From the NCBI GenBank assembly GCA_965261115.1, contig OZ253447.1, positions 2,887,625-2,951,624 of the forward strand: 64,000 nucleotides of DNA, written 5' to 3'. The notes under the pieces were generated by a model. The model did not search any database. It saw only the letters and a program-made list of their open reading frames with translations, and was not told where the DNA came from. The translations under genes were made by a program, and so were the position numbers. Origin of the DNA: Candidatus Poribacteria bacterium (GTDB lineage Bacteria > Poribacteria > WGA-4E > WGA-3G). Positions 9,660-19,029 of this stretch are shown here, piece by piece (the stretch's first letter is position 1; each line of letters begins with the position of its first letter).

Positions 9660-9705
9660 GCTTACTTCGCTTTTTAATCTCCTGCGTTTTCGGGCATTGC
9701 CAACA

Positions 9706-10482
9706 TCAATTCTGAGTCTTGAGTGCACCCCAAGTTACCGCCAATTTCCCAACGGGTTCAACCGCCAATGCCAATGTATGCAATCTCCTCACGTCAGCAT
9801 CACTTAACGCCTCTTCAAAAATGGCAACTTCATCAATGGCACCGGCGTACCAGATACCACCCAAGTGCTGCGTGTAGGCGATTGTCGGCTTATGCGCGGC
9901 ACCGTAAGCGATGCTGATGGGATCAGGTGCTTCGGTAGTCTTTTTCAACTCACCGTCCAGATAGATGCGGACAGATTTTTTATTCTCAACAACCCCAACG
10001 ACATGATGCCACTCGCCATCAGTCGGAAACGGTACATAAGCGGAGGGCCAATGCTTTGCCGCGTTCGCCGTGTCCGCGCGAATCCAGATGCCAACATTAT
10101 TGTTATCAAGCAGTTGAATACCGTAGTTGTATTTGTCATAGATCGGATTTCGGGTGCCAAGGGTCGGTTTAATAACCGCCTCCATTGTCACAGAAGGGAA
10201 GAAGATATCCTCACCCATTCGTATCAAATCAACAGCACCGTCAAAATCGAAGGCTTCACTGCGAAACCCGTCGATTTGGTCGGGTTTGCCGATAATGGTG
10301 CCGCTGTTATTCCCGAAAACATCTTCAACGTCTTTTCCTTGAATAGTACCTTTATCAAAGGTCCAAAGTGCCACAAGCCCCATTTTTACTCTTGGGTCCT
10401 CGGCCGTTGCGGACTGAATCGCCGTGATAGAAATTACGAAACCGACTAAAAGCAGAGCAGAGACAGACAATTTCGTTTTCAT
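9706..10482 (-). CDS. Secreted LamG/concanavalin-A-like lectin domain protein.
   Basis: Signal peptide MKTKLSVSALLLVGFVISITAIQSATA. LamG_3-like blocks (LVALWTFD, AFDFDG, GEWHHVVGV, IYLDGEL, IDEVAIFEEALS). Confidence 0.75.
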   Translation of the reverse strand: MKTKLSVSALLLVGFVISITAIQSATAEDPRVKMGLVALWTFDKGTIQGKDVEDVFGNNSGTIIGKPDQIDGFRSEAFDFDGAVDLIRMGEDIFFPSVTMEAVIKPTLGTRNPIYDKYNYGIQLLDNNNVGIWIRADTANAAKHWPSAYVPFPTDGEWHHVVGVVENKKSVRIYLDGELKKTTEAPDPISIAYGAAHKPTIAYTQHLGGIWYAGAIDEVAIFEEALSDADVRRLHTLALAVEPVGKLAVTWGALKTQN

Positions 10483-10617
10483 GAATCATTCCTCCTTAGA
10501 TTCTGATTTCCTCCGCAGAAAATTATATCACCTAAGTTTACGGATTGGAAGCCCAAAGATTTATCTTTGGGAGGAAAATCCGCCCTCGTGAATTAGACCA
10601 AACGCCTAAAAAAACAG

Positions 10618-10646
10618 TTGACTTTGGTCTGAAATTGTGGTATACT
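10618..10646 (+). promoter_or_regulatory. Sigma70-type promoter inside the TnpB left end (TTGACT-17-TATACT), giving a structured leader of about 90 nt.
   Basis: Near-consensus -35/-10 with 17-bp spacing. The equivalent TTGACA-18-TACAAT sits at 30964-30993 in copy 2 although the spacer sequence differs. Confidence 0.6.
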
Positions 10647-10742
10647 TGTAGTATCGTGTTGGCAGACATTAGAAGCGTTGCCACTTGGTAATGTGTCTGC
10701 CTCCCACTTCTAAGGGGATAAACGCACGATACACGATATACC

Positions 10743-12038
10743 ATGAAACTGACTTTTAGATACCCTGTGTATCCGACACGGACACAACAAACAACATTAT
10801 TAACATGGCTTGAGCATCTTTGTGAACTTCAGAACTCTGCGCGCCACGATCGCAAAGTTGCTTGGGAGACTGAAGGTCAATCTATTTCTTGCGATGAGCA
10901 ACAAAAGAAGTTGACTATTGCGCGTGAAAAATATTCGGACTTTCGCGCGGTTCCACAAGATATGCAAGTATGTGCATTAGAACGCATGGATAAAGCCTTT
11001 GATGGTTTTTATCGACGTTGTAAAAACGGCACTGCGAAAAAAGGCTATCCAAGACACCGCAAACAGATTAAATCTATGACGTGGAAACTTCGCAAATATA
11101 CAAAAGTTGTTCGTCGGAAAACCAAAGACACTGAAAAACAAACAATACGTGTTCGCGAAAACCCGATCCGCGAAACCGCATGGAAACATGACCGTTTGAA
11201 AGTGCCGAAACTTGGCGAAGTGAAAATCTACATGCACCGCCCGCTTCAAGGTGATCCAACACAAGTCACGCTCGTCAAAAAAGCATCTGGTTGGTATGCT
11301 CATATTACCTGCGAGTTGCCAGATACTCCGAAAGTAGAGCCGACAGATGCGATCGCTGTTGACGTTGGCACCACACACTACCTAACGACTTCGGAAGGCG
11401 AAAAAGAAGATAACCCCCGCTGGTATCGTCAAGCCGAAGGGCTGCTCCACAAACACAATCAGACGATGGCACGCCGTAAAAAAGGCTCTAAACGCTGGTA
11501 TAAAGCCGTGCATGCCTCTGCCTTGCACCAAGAACGCACTACCAACAAACGCAAAGACTTTATCGGCAAACTCGTCTATAAACTTTATCATCATTCTGAA
11601 AATAACGTGTTAGTCGCTGAAGATTTAAGCGTGTCTAACATAGTTCGGAATAAACACCTCAGCAAGAGCATCTCCGATGCGTCTTGGGGAAAGTTCTTTG
11701 AGTGGGCTGGAAACATAGCCGAAAGAGACGGTTTCCACTTCCACCAAGTCGATCCTAAGAACACCTCGCAAACTTGCTCAAGTTGTGGTCAGAAAGCACC
11801 GAAAAAGTTATCGCTATCGGTGCGGACTTTCAGTTGTCAGTTTTGTGGCACGACTTTAGACCGAGACCACAACGCTGCGCTAAATATACTTTTTAAGGCA
11901 GCTGCTGCCTTTCGTGGAGAGCGGTGGGGTACCCCCCTCTATGAAACGAGAAACACAAACGAAGCACGAGACACGGGCTTTGAGACTGCTGAACAACTGT
12001 TATTGTTCAATGATCTCTTAACAAGCCCAAGTCTTTAG
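10743..12038 (+). CDS. tnpB: TnpB (IS605 OrfB family RuvC-like, RNA-guided nuclease). RuvC D/E/D and zinc finger intact.
   Basis: 431 aa. RuvC-I AVDVGTTHY, RuvC-II VAEDLSVSN, CxxC...CxxC zinc finger, RuvC-III LDRDHNAALNI. Confidence 0.9.
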   Translation: MKLTFRYPVYPTRTQQTTLLTWLEHLCELQNSARHDRKVAWETEGQSISCDEQQKKLTIAREKYSDFRAVPQDMQVCALERMDKAFDGFYRRCKNGTAKKGYPRHRKQIKSMTWKLRKYTKVVRRKTKDTEKQTIRVRENPIRETAWKHDRLKVPKLGEVKIYMHRPLQGDPTQVTLVKKASGWYAHITCELPDTPKVEPTDAIAVDVGTTHYLTTSEGEKEDNPRWYRQAEGLLHKHNQTMARRKKGSKRWYKAVHASALHQERTTNKRKDFIGKLVYKLYHHSENNVLVAEDLSVSNIVRNKHLSKSISDASWGKFFEWAGNIAERDGFHFHQVDPKNTSQTCSSCGQKAPKKLSLSVRTFSCQFCGTTLDRDHNAALNILFKAAAAFRGERWGTPLYETRNTNEARDTGFETAEQLLLFNDLLTSPSL

Positions 12039-12312
12039 GCTTGGGTAGTTGACGGAACCACGCGAGGCAACGGCGTGTCGCAATTGCATTGATCCACCCA
12101 GAAAATCGATGCGGATCCTTCAGGGTGCCAAGTTTCTGGTGGGCTTTCAGGAAGGTCTCTTGAACGATGTCCTCAGCAATATGGAAGTCCTGAATCGTCC
12201 GCCACACGGTTGCATGAACTTGTTTTTCGTACTTCTCCATTAATGTCGTGAAAGCTGTGTCGTCACCTGCAAGGGCACGGTGAACTAAGGCAACGTCATT
12301 ATTTCGCATCAA
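12007..12312 (-). pseudogene. 5' fragment (regions 1.2-2) of an ECF sigma-70 factor gene, truncated at the TnpB-1 right end. Paralog of the N-terminus of the 33083 sigma-fusion.
   Basis: 101 aa, about 55% identical to residues 1-90 of the 33083 protein (LxGDDxAFxTLxxKxxKxVHAxxWRxIxDFHIAEx). Homology stops where the reading frame enters the IS right end. No sigma region 4 downstream. Confidence 0.75.
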
Positions 12313-12428
12313 AACCTCCTGCTATCACCGTTAGGTGTGAATCTCAAATCTCAGTGTTCATCCGATTTTTAACCTACGTGACGCGAACTGAGCAGGAAAG
12401 GTTGCATAATTCTGCAAATTGACTGTTG

Positions 12429-12983
12429 CTATTCCGTGCCGTTGAGATCCTCCTCAGATTCTTCGTAGAAACTGTCGAAAATCTCAATATCATTTGGCGC
12501 GTATTTCTCTCCATAAGCGGACTTGATACCATTCCATAACCGGTTTAAAACGCTTTCACGCTTCAATTGGTTGTAGTTGATTTCGCCCGCCGCCTTCTCT
12601 ATGCAGTTGGCAACAATAACCAAAAGAACCTCTGGAATTTCGGCATCCTCATTGATGATATCGTCAACAGTTTCCCATACCGCGTGTTTAAATAGGGTTG
12701 GCAGGCGATTGATATGATGGAGTACCGCCTGTGTTACAAGCACAATGAAACAAGACAGGCGAGGTATAGCAATATCTTTCGCAGCATCGTGTGCACCCAG
12801 ATCCTCAGGTATACCAATTTCCTCCACATGTGCAACAACACCTTGGTGGATAAATCCTACGCGAAATTCAAAATTCTTGTGCAGCTCCTCTTGAAAATGT
12901 AGGGCGCAGTGCTCCGGTGTAATTCGTAAACACTCCGCTTTGAGTATCCGCTTGTCAATCGTTGTCTGTTTTTTCTTTCTCAT
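12429..12983 (-). CDS. Hypothetical protein.
   Basis: 184-aa ORF in the same-strand gene run 14890-12007. No recognisable motifs. Confidence 0.45.
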   Translation of the reverse strand: MRKKKQTTIDKRILKAECLRITPEHCALHFQEELHKNFEFRVGFIHQGVVAHVEEIGIPEDLGAHDAAKDIAIPRLSCFIVLVTQAVLHHINRLPTLFKHAVWETVDDIINEDAEIPEVLLVIVANCIEKAAGEINYNQLKRESVLNRLWNGIKSAYGEKYAPNDIEIFDSFYEESEEDLNGTE

Positions 12984-13053
12984 TAGTTGTTGAGCTTTCC
13001 TCCGAAATCTTTATACCTGAGAGGAAAGCTCGCTCCTATAAAGCTTAGTCAAT

Positions 13054-13848
13054 TTAAACCGTATCCAAAAACCCCAATTCACGCAATCGATCGATCCAGC
13101 GTTGCCGTCTTTCACTTCCAGCTGGATTTTCGACCCAACGTGGATCGTAGAGGGGTGTACCCGGTCGGTTAAAGTGTTCCGGACTCTTCGCATTGCTCCG
13201 CGCCCGATTCCGCGTGGCAGCAACCTCTTCAGGGGTCTTTGGGTTGTTATAATAAACCACTGTACACATCCGACGGTCTGCACTACCGCCCCAACTTGAG
13301 TGCCAGCACCGCATATCAAAAGCGACCACATCCCCCGGTTCCGATTTGCAAACATAGCCCGGCACATCACAAATCTCCAATCCCAGTGTATTCAAATTCT
13401 CACGTAGATCGTCGTGCAGCGACCTGTTATGAGAACCTGGGATCAGTCGCAACGCCCCACTTTCGGCATCGACAGGTTCGAGATAATACGCGAATTTCAC
13501 CCCGTAGCAGTCTTGGGTCGGATCCGCATTATGGTCCGGATGCCAACCGGTATTGCCGACATAACGGTTCGCATCCGAAACAACGAGAAATACGTCATCA
13601 CCATATAGTTGCTCTGCCACCTCGCAAAACCGTGGATCTTCTGGCAGACTTGTAAAGAATGGCGTTTCAGGTCCCATCATCGGCAGCCAATGTCGGCGCG
13701 TGCCATCAAATGGCGCATGGCGATACGCTGCCGCCATCGCCGCCTCAAATTCTTCCTGTATCGTGTTCAACTCGTCTCGGTCGAGTAATTGCCGAAAAAT
13801 CAGGAATCCCAAGGTGTGAAAGTGCTTGATTTGCTGTTCTGTAAGCAT
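13054..13848 (-). CDS. Phytanoyl-CoA dioxygenase (PhyH) family oxygenase, paralog 2.
   Basis: GWHPDHN...LRLIPGSH...H triad pattern. 264 aa. Confidence 0.75.
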   Translation of the reverse strand: MLTEQQIKHFHTLGFLIFRQLLDRDELNTIQEEFEAAMAAAYRHAPFDGTRRHWLPMMGPETPFFTSLPEDPRFCEVAEQLYGDDVFLVVSDANRYVGNTGWHPDHNADPTQDCYGVKFAYYLEPVDAESGALRLIPGSHNRSLHDDLRENLNTLGLEICDVPGYVCKSEPGDVVAFDMRCWHSSWGGSADRRMCTVVYYNNPKTPEEVAATRNRARSNAKSPEHFNRPGTPLYDPRWVENPAGSERRQRWIDRLRELGFLDTV

Positions 13849-13864
13849 GATGTTCCCCTATGTT

Positions 13865-14890
13865 TTATCGTGCTAACTTTTGTTGTAGTTTTGGGCTATC
13901 TACGACCTCCCGATTCACAATCCACGATGGAATTTTCCCAGAAGCCACGTCGATAATACTCCTACACGCACTCTTGGCGTTGCCATCAAAACACTCATCT
14001 GTCCAGCAGATACTGTGCGGCGTAACGATAACGTTATCAAGGCTTAAAAGCGGGTCATCATCGCTAATCGGTTCCTGCTCAAAGACATCAAGTCCCGCCC
14101 CTTGGATATGTCGATTCTCAAGTGCCGCTGTGAGTGCCTTTTGATCGACGATTGGACCGCGCGCCGTGTTAATCAAGTAAGCCGTCGGCTTCATCAGTCC
14201 GATACGTCTCTCATTGACAAGTCCACGCGTCTCGTCGTTCAGTGGGCAGCAGACACACACAAAATCAGCGGTTCGCATCAAAGTGTCCAAGTCAACGAGT
14301 TCTACGCCAACTTCCGCTGCCTCAGCAGGTGTGACGTACGGATCGTAGGTAATGTGGTGCATCCCGAAAGGTTTCGCCAGTTTGAACGCCTCCTTTCCAA
14401 TGTTACCCATACCGACAAGTCCGAGTGTCCTGCCGACTAACCCCATTCCCCTGTAGTTTTGCGTGTTTCTCCAGCCACCAGAACGCGTAAGCCGATCCTT
14501 GATTAACAACTGATGGCTCAGCGATAAGACAAAAGTCATGATGGAGGTCGCAACCGGACGGCGAACACCATCTGGCGCGATTGTCAGCAGCACACCATTT
14601 TCCGTACAGGCTTCCACATCCACCTTATCGTACCCGACACCAAATCGAGCGATGACTGCCAACTTGTCAGCACCAGCGAACGTCTCCGCTGTAATGCCCG
14701 CGCCCAATACTAAGAGCGCATCATAATCCTGCACCTGTGTTGCTTGTAACACAGGTGTATTTTCTGCGATATACTCCCAGTGTAGACCGGCACCATCAAA
14801 AAGAGGACCGGCGATGTCGTCTAAATCGCAGGTGTCATCCGGACCCAGAAAGTCGCGCGTAACACCTACGCGAAATACAGATTTATCCAT
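13865..14890 (-). CDS. D-isomer-specific 2-hydroxyacid dehydrogenase family (NAD-binding).
   Basis: GLVGMGNIGKEAFKLAKPFGM Rossmann motif. Catalytic R/E/H region TPHSICWTDE. Confidence 0.85.
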   Translation of the reverse strand: MDKSVFRVGVTRDFLGPDDTCDLDDIAGPLFDGAGLHWEYIAENTPVLQATQVQDYDALLVLGAGITAETFAGADKLAVIARFGVGYDKVDVEACTENGVLLTIAPDGVRRPVATSIMTFVLSLSHQLLIKDRLTRSGGWRNTQNYRGMGLVGRTLGLVGMGNIGKEAFKLAKPFGMHHITYDPYVTPAEAAEVGVELVDLDTLMRTADFVCVCCPLNDETRGLVNERRIGLMKPTAYLINTARGPIVDQKALTAALENRHIQGAGLDVFEQEPISDDDPLLSLDNVIVTPHSICWTDECFDGNAKSACRSIIDVASGKIPSWIVNREVVDSPKLQQKLAR

Positions 14891-14907
14891 TGTTATTCCT
14901 ATTCAAT

Positions 14908-14998
14908 AGGACTTACGCAGCCCCGTTTGCAGGCGAGGTTTGAAACCCCGCCTGCATTGCGTGGAATGTCCATTATCATGGAAAAATACGTAAGTCCT
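14908..14998. repeat. Family-A MITE-like repeat (copy 2) with terminal inverted repeats AGGACTTACGCA / CGTAAGTCCT.
   Basis: TIRs and the GCAGGCG..GAAACCCCGCCTGC palindrome seen directly. Confidence 0.7.
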
Positions 14999-15007
14999 GT
15001 TCAATTT

Positions 15008-16600
15008 TTATTTTTCAAGCCAAATGTGACGGAAATACCGCCATTTCAACGGATGGAGTTTAAGATCTTTAACCTTTTTGTTAATCACTAAAATCTGTTT
15101 TGCGTGTGCCAACGGCACCCACGGCACATCTTTGTGAAAAATCTGCTGCGCTTCTTGATAGAGCGAAACCCGCTGCTCGCGATCCGTAGTTGCTCTCGCC
15201 TGTTCTAAGACGCTTTGCATCTCATCACTTCGATAAAATGCGATGTTTCCGGCAGGCTTCTCCGCTGACGATTTACTCAAAAGAAAGTAGAGGAAATTAT
15301 CTGGATCACCGAGGTCGGCACTCCATCCTAACATCGCCATATCGTGCTCACCATTTTTCGTTTTCTCAAGATAGGTGCCCCAATCGTAGGTCACAATTTT
15401 CGTCTCAACGCCAATATTGCGCAATTCGGATTGCAATACTTCAGCAAGCGCACGTCCGTCTGGAATATAGGGACGCGGAACCGGCAGTGCCCAAAGCGTC
15501 GTCTCAAACCCATCTGGGTAACCTGCCTCCGCAAGCAGTTGCTTTGACAATTCAGGATCGTAGGCGTAATCCTCAACAGAATCATCATAACTCCAGAGCG
15601 TCGGCGGGATCGGGTTCTTCGCTGGAATTCCCAAACCTTGATACAGATGTTCAATAATCGCCGATTTGTTAATGGCGTGGTTAATAGCGAGCCGGACTTT
15701 GTGATTGCCGAACGGCGGTTTGTCCATGTTCATCGCCAAGTAACCGATGCTCATACCGGGCTGCGATAGCAATTCAAGCGACGCATCCTCTCGAATCTGT
15801 TGCAGATCATCCGGATTCGGAAACTCCATCGCGTGGAGACTCCCTTGCTGAAGTTCAATGAGCCGCACCGAATTGTCAGGAATAGAGCGGAAGATAACTC
15901 GGTCTAATATAGGACGACCGCCCCAATAAGTATCGTTTGCCGCAAGCACGACTTTATCACCTCTATCCCACTGCACGAACTTGAACGGACCCGTCCCAAC
16001 GGGATTGTTGGAAAACTCGTCTCCCCATTTTTGCACCGCTGTTGGACTGACAATAGAGAATGGGGTTATGGCAATCGTATAGATAAATGGCGCATAAGCC
16101 GTCTTAAGCCGAATTTGGACAGTAAATTCATCAACAGCAGTAATTGTATCCACAATCTCTGTCAAACCGGTGGCTATCCAGTAAACATAACTACCACCAA
16201 CGTTATGGAATGGATGTGTCTCATCGTGCTGTCGATTCAGCGAAAAAAGAACGGCTTCGGCGTTGAAGGGGGTACCGTCATGGAAGGTTACGCCTTGCCG
16301 CAAGTGAAAAGTCCACGTCAAACCATCTTCTGAACTCTCCCAACTTGTAGCGAGACCCGCTTCAATTTCAGTGCTCCCATCTTTGTATTCAACGAGTGTA
16401 TCGTAGATGTTGTCGCAAACTTTGAAAGATTCCCCATCTTCCTCAAGTGCTGGATCCAAACCCACAGAATCGCCACCGCGCCCAAAAATTAGAGTGCCGC
16501 CGCGCTTCAGATGCGAATCTGCAAACGCCGGTGAAGACACCACAAACAGTAGTATCAGAACAATGCATGAGAAGACCTGTGCGTAAAATCTGTTTTGCAT
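15008..16600 (-). CDS. ABC transporter substrate-binding protein, family 5 (oligopeptide/dipeptide/nickel type).
   Basis: 530 aa with signal peptide. SBP_bac_5 patterns (D..GLTWTFHLRQGVTFHDG, GTGPFKF). Confidence 0.8.
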   Translation of the reverse strand: MQNRFYAQVFSCIVLILLFVVSSPAFADSHLKRGGTLIFGRGGDSVGLDPALEEDGESFKVCDNIYDTLVEYKDGSTEIEAGLATSWESSEDGLTWTFHLRQGVTFHDGTPFNAEAVLFSLNRQHDETHPFHNVGGSYVYWIATGLTEIVDTITAVDEFTVQIRLKTAYAPFIYTIAITPFSIVSPTAVQKWGDEFSNNPVGTGPFKFVQWDRGDKVVLAANDTYWGGRPILDRVIFRSIPDNSVRLIELQQGSLHAMEFPNPDDLQQIREDASLELLSQPGMSIGYLAMNMDKPPFGNHKVRLAINHAINKSAIIEHLYQGLGIPAKNPIPPTLWSYDDSVEDYAYDPELSKQLLAEAGYPDGFETTLWALPVPRPYIPDGRALAEVLQSELRNIGVETKIVTYDWGTYLEKTKNGEHDMAMLGWSADLGDPDNFLYFLLSKSSAEKPAGNIAFYRSDEMQSVLEQARATTDREQRVSLYQEAQQIFHKDVPWVPLAHAKQILVINKKVKDLKLHPLKWRYFRHIWLEK

Positions 16601-16917
16601 AAATTTCTCCGGTGTGTATTGAAAAAATATACTCCATAATACAGGCTTTTCTGCGAAATGTCAAGCCGACTTTTTTCTCACAACTGATAAATACCATCAT
16701 CTCTATGGTCTCTATACCCCCTTACGCCTACCGTACTACGGAGATTTGAAACCGCATTCGCCTAAAAATCGTTTTATTATAGGGCATAGTATCTCAATTA
16801 ATAGGTAGCGAATTCTGAATATCCGTAGTTCAAGGCATACGCGCGTTTTAAAGCATTACAGGTAAGACTATGGTGTAAATCTCCCGCTGTGAATACATCG
16901 CGTCCAAAAAATAAAAT

Positions 16918-19014
16918 ATGTTATCTTTTGAACAACTCATCCAGCATTTAACAGACACAACGCAGCCGAACATTGTGCGAAGCCTTGCTATCACTGGGCT
17001 TGTCGCGCAACACAATGCTCAGGGAGTGAAGTTTTTAATTGAGGCACTTGACGACGCTGACGCAGTGATACGGCGCGAGGCAGCGAAGGCACTTCAGGAC
17101 TTGGATGCCACAAGCGCAATAGAACCGCTCCTCCACACACTGCAAGCAGAATCAAATGATATAACGCTTTGGGCAGTGATTGAAGCGATCAGCGAATTGG
17201 GGACACCCAGTGTGCTTCCGGTGCTCGAATCGCTTCTTAACGTTGATTCTATGCTCACACGGATAGAAATCAAGAAAAGTATCTCCCGAATCCGAGCCCG
17301 CCATGCCGATGCCACTGCTACTACATCCGCAAAGGTGGCGGCATCTAAACCACGTGACGAAACTATAGAAATTGATGAACCACAGCCGACAGTAAACCCT
17401 AAAAATCCACAAACGCCTTCAAATGAAGCAGAGATAGAACGATCTCAGGTCCCCCCACAAGATTCTCCATCACCTCACGCCAGGCAAACGACTCAGACAG
17501 ACGTATCGAACGATACACCTATACAAAAAACAGAAGGAACCGAAACAGATGAAGCATCAGTTAACAAACAACCGAATATCTCTATAGAATTAACGTCCGC
17601 AAATCCGCTTACCGAGCCAACGCAAGATACTATACACACTGTAACAGTACCGGAAAAACCAACTGAAACAGTGAACGATGCACAGATAAATGAAACCGAG
17701 CCTACAGATACAAAGGAAACAGTCGAGAATCTGCTTACCGATCCCGATGAAAGGGTTCCAACGGATTCGGAGGACGGAGTTGAAGCGATAGAGGATACGC
17801 CGTCGGCTGATGAAGAGGATACGCAATCTGACGAAGCGTCGGTTGAAACTATCGGCGAGGGAGAAGGGACCGAGACAGGCGCAGCTGATGCGGAATCACC
17901 ACTACAAGAGGACGATACGGATATAAAGGATTTATCGGAAACGATCGCACAATCGCCGCGACTCGCAGGTTCGTCCGTTAACCTACCTATATTAGCCCCC
18001 AATGCCAACACTGTGCCATATCATCCAAAAAGTGCTTCACTTGAACCAACACACGCCAATTTTTTCCTCACGCTGCTGCACCCAAGCAAGTATCTCTCCA
18101 AACAATGGATATCCCGAACGCGCGCGTATCTAATATTGTGGGGTGTACTCATTGCTGCTGTCATCGGTTTCACGCAACATCAGAAGCATTTCAGGGCAGA
18201 GTCAGCACCACTATTTCATATTGGGCTTTCCGCTGATGAACTGCCGGAATTCGTAAAACGCTCCTTAGCAGAGGGGGATTTTTACATTCAAGAAGGTTTC
18301 TATAGAAAAGCTATTAGCTCTTACGAACTGAGCCGTAGATTCGGCGTACTTCCTGCTCGCTTCTATAGGAAACTCGGGTTCGCATACTTCAAGGAAAGGC
18401 AATACGCACTTGCCGTTGAAGCGTATGAACTGTTTTTAGAGGCACGGAACAACGAAACACCTGATGTGTTTGTCGCTGAAGCCTCGCTTTCAAATATATA
18501 CCCGCTCACTTCGGCTGGAGAACAGATGACGCAGGACTACGAAACCTATAATATCCTTGGCAAGGCGTATGCGAAACTTGGACGTGTGTCAGATGCACAG
18601 CGCGCTTATAAGCACGCGATACGGCTCGCGCCAAAGTATGGCGAAGCGTACAACAACCTCGCCCGCCTTTATGCCGACAACTACCAGCAACCATTAACAG
18701 CAAATTTTGGAAATCCACGCGTTTTCCGAAAATTAAGGCTCGCCGAAGCATTGGCATATACAGCGGTCACGCTAAATCCGAATGTAGCCGCATATCATGA
18801 TACCTTAGGCTGGATTTTGTCGAAACGCGGACAGGTGAATAAGGCAGTGAAAACTTTAGAACGGGCTATTGATCTTCAAAAAGACGCTATTGAACCGCAC
18901 TACCATCTCGCACAAGTCGCACTTGAAACCAACGATCGGAAAAAAGCCGTAAAAGCGATCCGGAACGTGTTCAAACTCAAACCCGCCTTTGTGTCTATCG
19001 AAACCGGCGAATAG
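16918..19014 (+). CDS. HEAT-repeat / acidic low-complexity linker / single TM / TPR-repeat protein.
   Basis: N-terminal PBS-lyase-type HEAT repeats. About 250 aa rich in T/E/D/P. TM helix LILWGVLIAAVIGF. C-terminal TPR repeats (AYNNLARLY, AYHDTLGWIL). Confidence 0.65.
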   Translation: MLSFEQLIQHLTDTTQPNIVRSLAITGLVAQHNAQGVKFLIEALDDADAVIRREAAKALQDLDATSAIEPLLHTLQAESNDITLWAVIEAISELGTPSVLPVLESLLNVDSMLTRIEIKKSISRIRARHADATATTSAKVAASKPRDETIEIDEPQPTVNPKNPQTPSNEAEIERSQVPPQDSPSPHARQTTQTDVSNDTPIQKTEGTETDEASVNKQPNISIELTSANPLTEPTQDTIHTVTVPEKPTETVNDAQINETEPTDTKETVENLLTDPDERVPTDSEDGVEAIEDTPSADEEDTQSDEASVETIGEGEGTETGAADAESPLQEDDTDIKDLSETIAQSPRLAGSSVNLPILAPNANTVPYHPKSASLEPTHANFFLTLLHPSKYLSKQWISRTRAYLILWGVLIAAVIGFTQHQKHFRAESAPLFHIGLSADELPEFVKRSLAEGDFYIQEGFYRKAISSYELSRRFGVLPARFYRKLGFAYFKERQYALAVEAYELFLEARNNETPDVFVAEASLSNIYPLTSAGEQMTQDYETYNILGKAYAKLGRVSDAQRAYKHAIRLAPKYGEAYNNLARLYADNYQQPLTANFGNPRVFRKLRLAEALAYTAVTLNPNVAAYHDTLGWILSKRGQVNKAVKTLERAIDLQKDAIEPHYHLAQVALETNDRKKAVKAIRNVFKLKPAFVSIETGE

Positions 19015-19029
19015 CGACGCTATAGGATG

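Larger units (their letters stand above)
10527..12050 (+). mobile_element. Non-autonomous IS200/IS605-family (IS1341-type) element carrying tnpB only. Left end about 215 bp, with hairpins and a promoter. Right-end hairpin AGCCCAAG..CTTGGGCT immediately after the tnpB stop.
   Basis: Left end conserved with the second copy at 30884-31089. There is no tnpA. The element abuts a truncated sigma-factor gene. Confidence 0.75.

Noticed and set aside
10538-10744. Minus-strand 68-aa ORF (and its twin 30903-31091) upstream of tnpB, conserved between both IS copies.
   Set aside because: Conservation is at the nucleotide level in blocks. The middle of the ORF, where the DNA differs, is not conserved as protein. 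The region is a left end with promoter and hairpins on the other strand.
17493-18011. 172-aa minus-strand ORF rich in S/V/D.
   Set aside because: Antisense to the T/E/D/P low-complexity linker of the HEAT-TPR protein, a compositional artefact.
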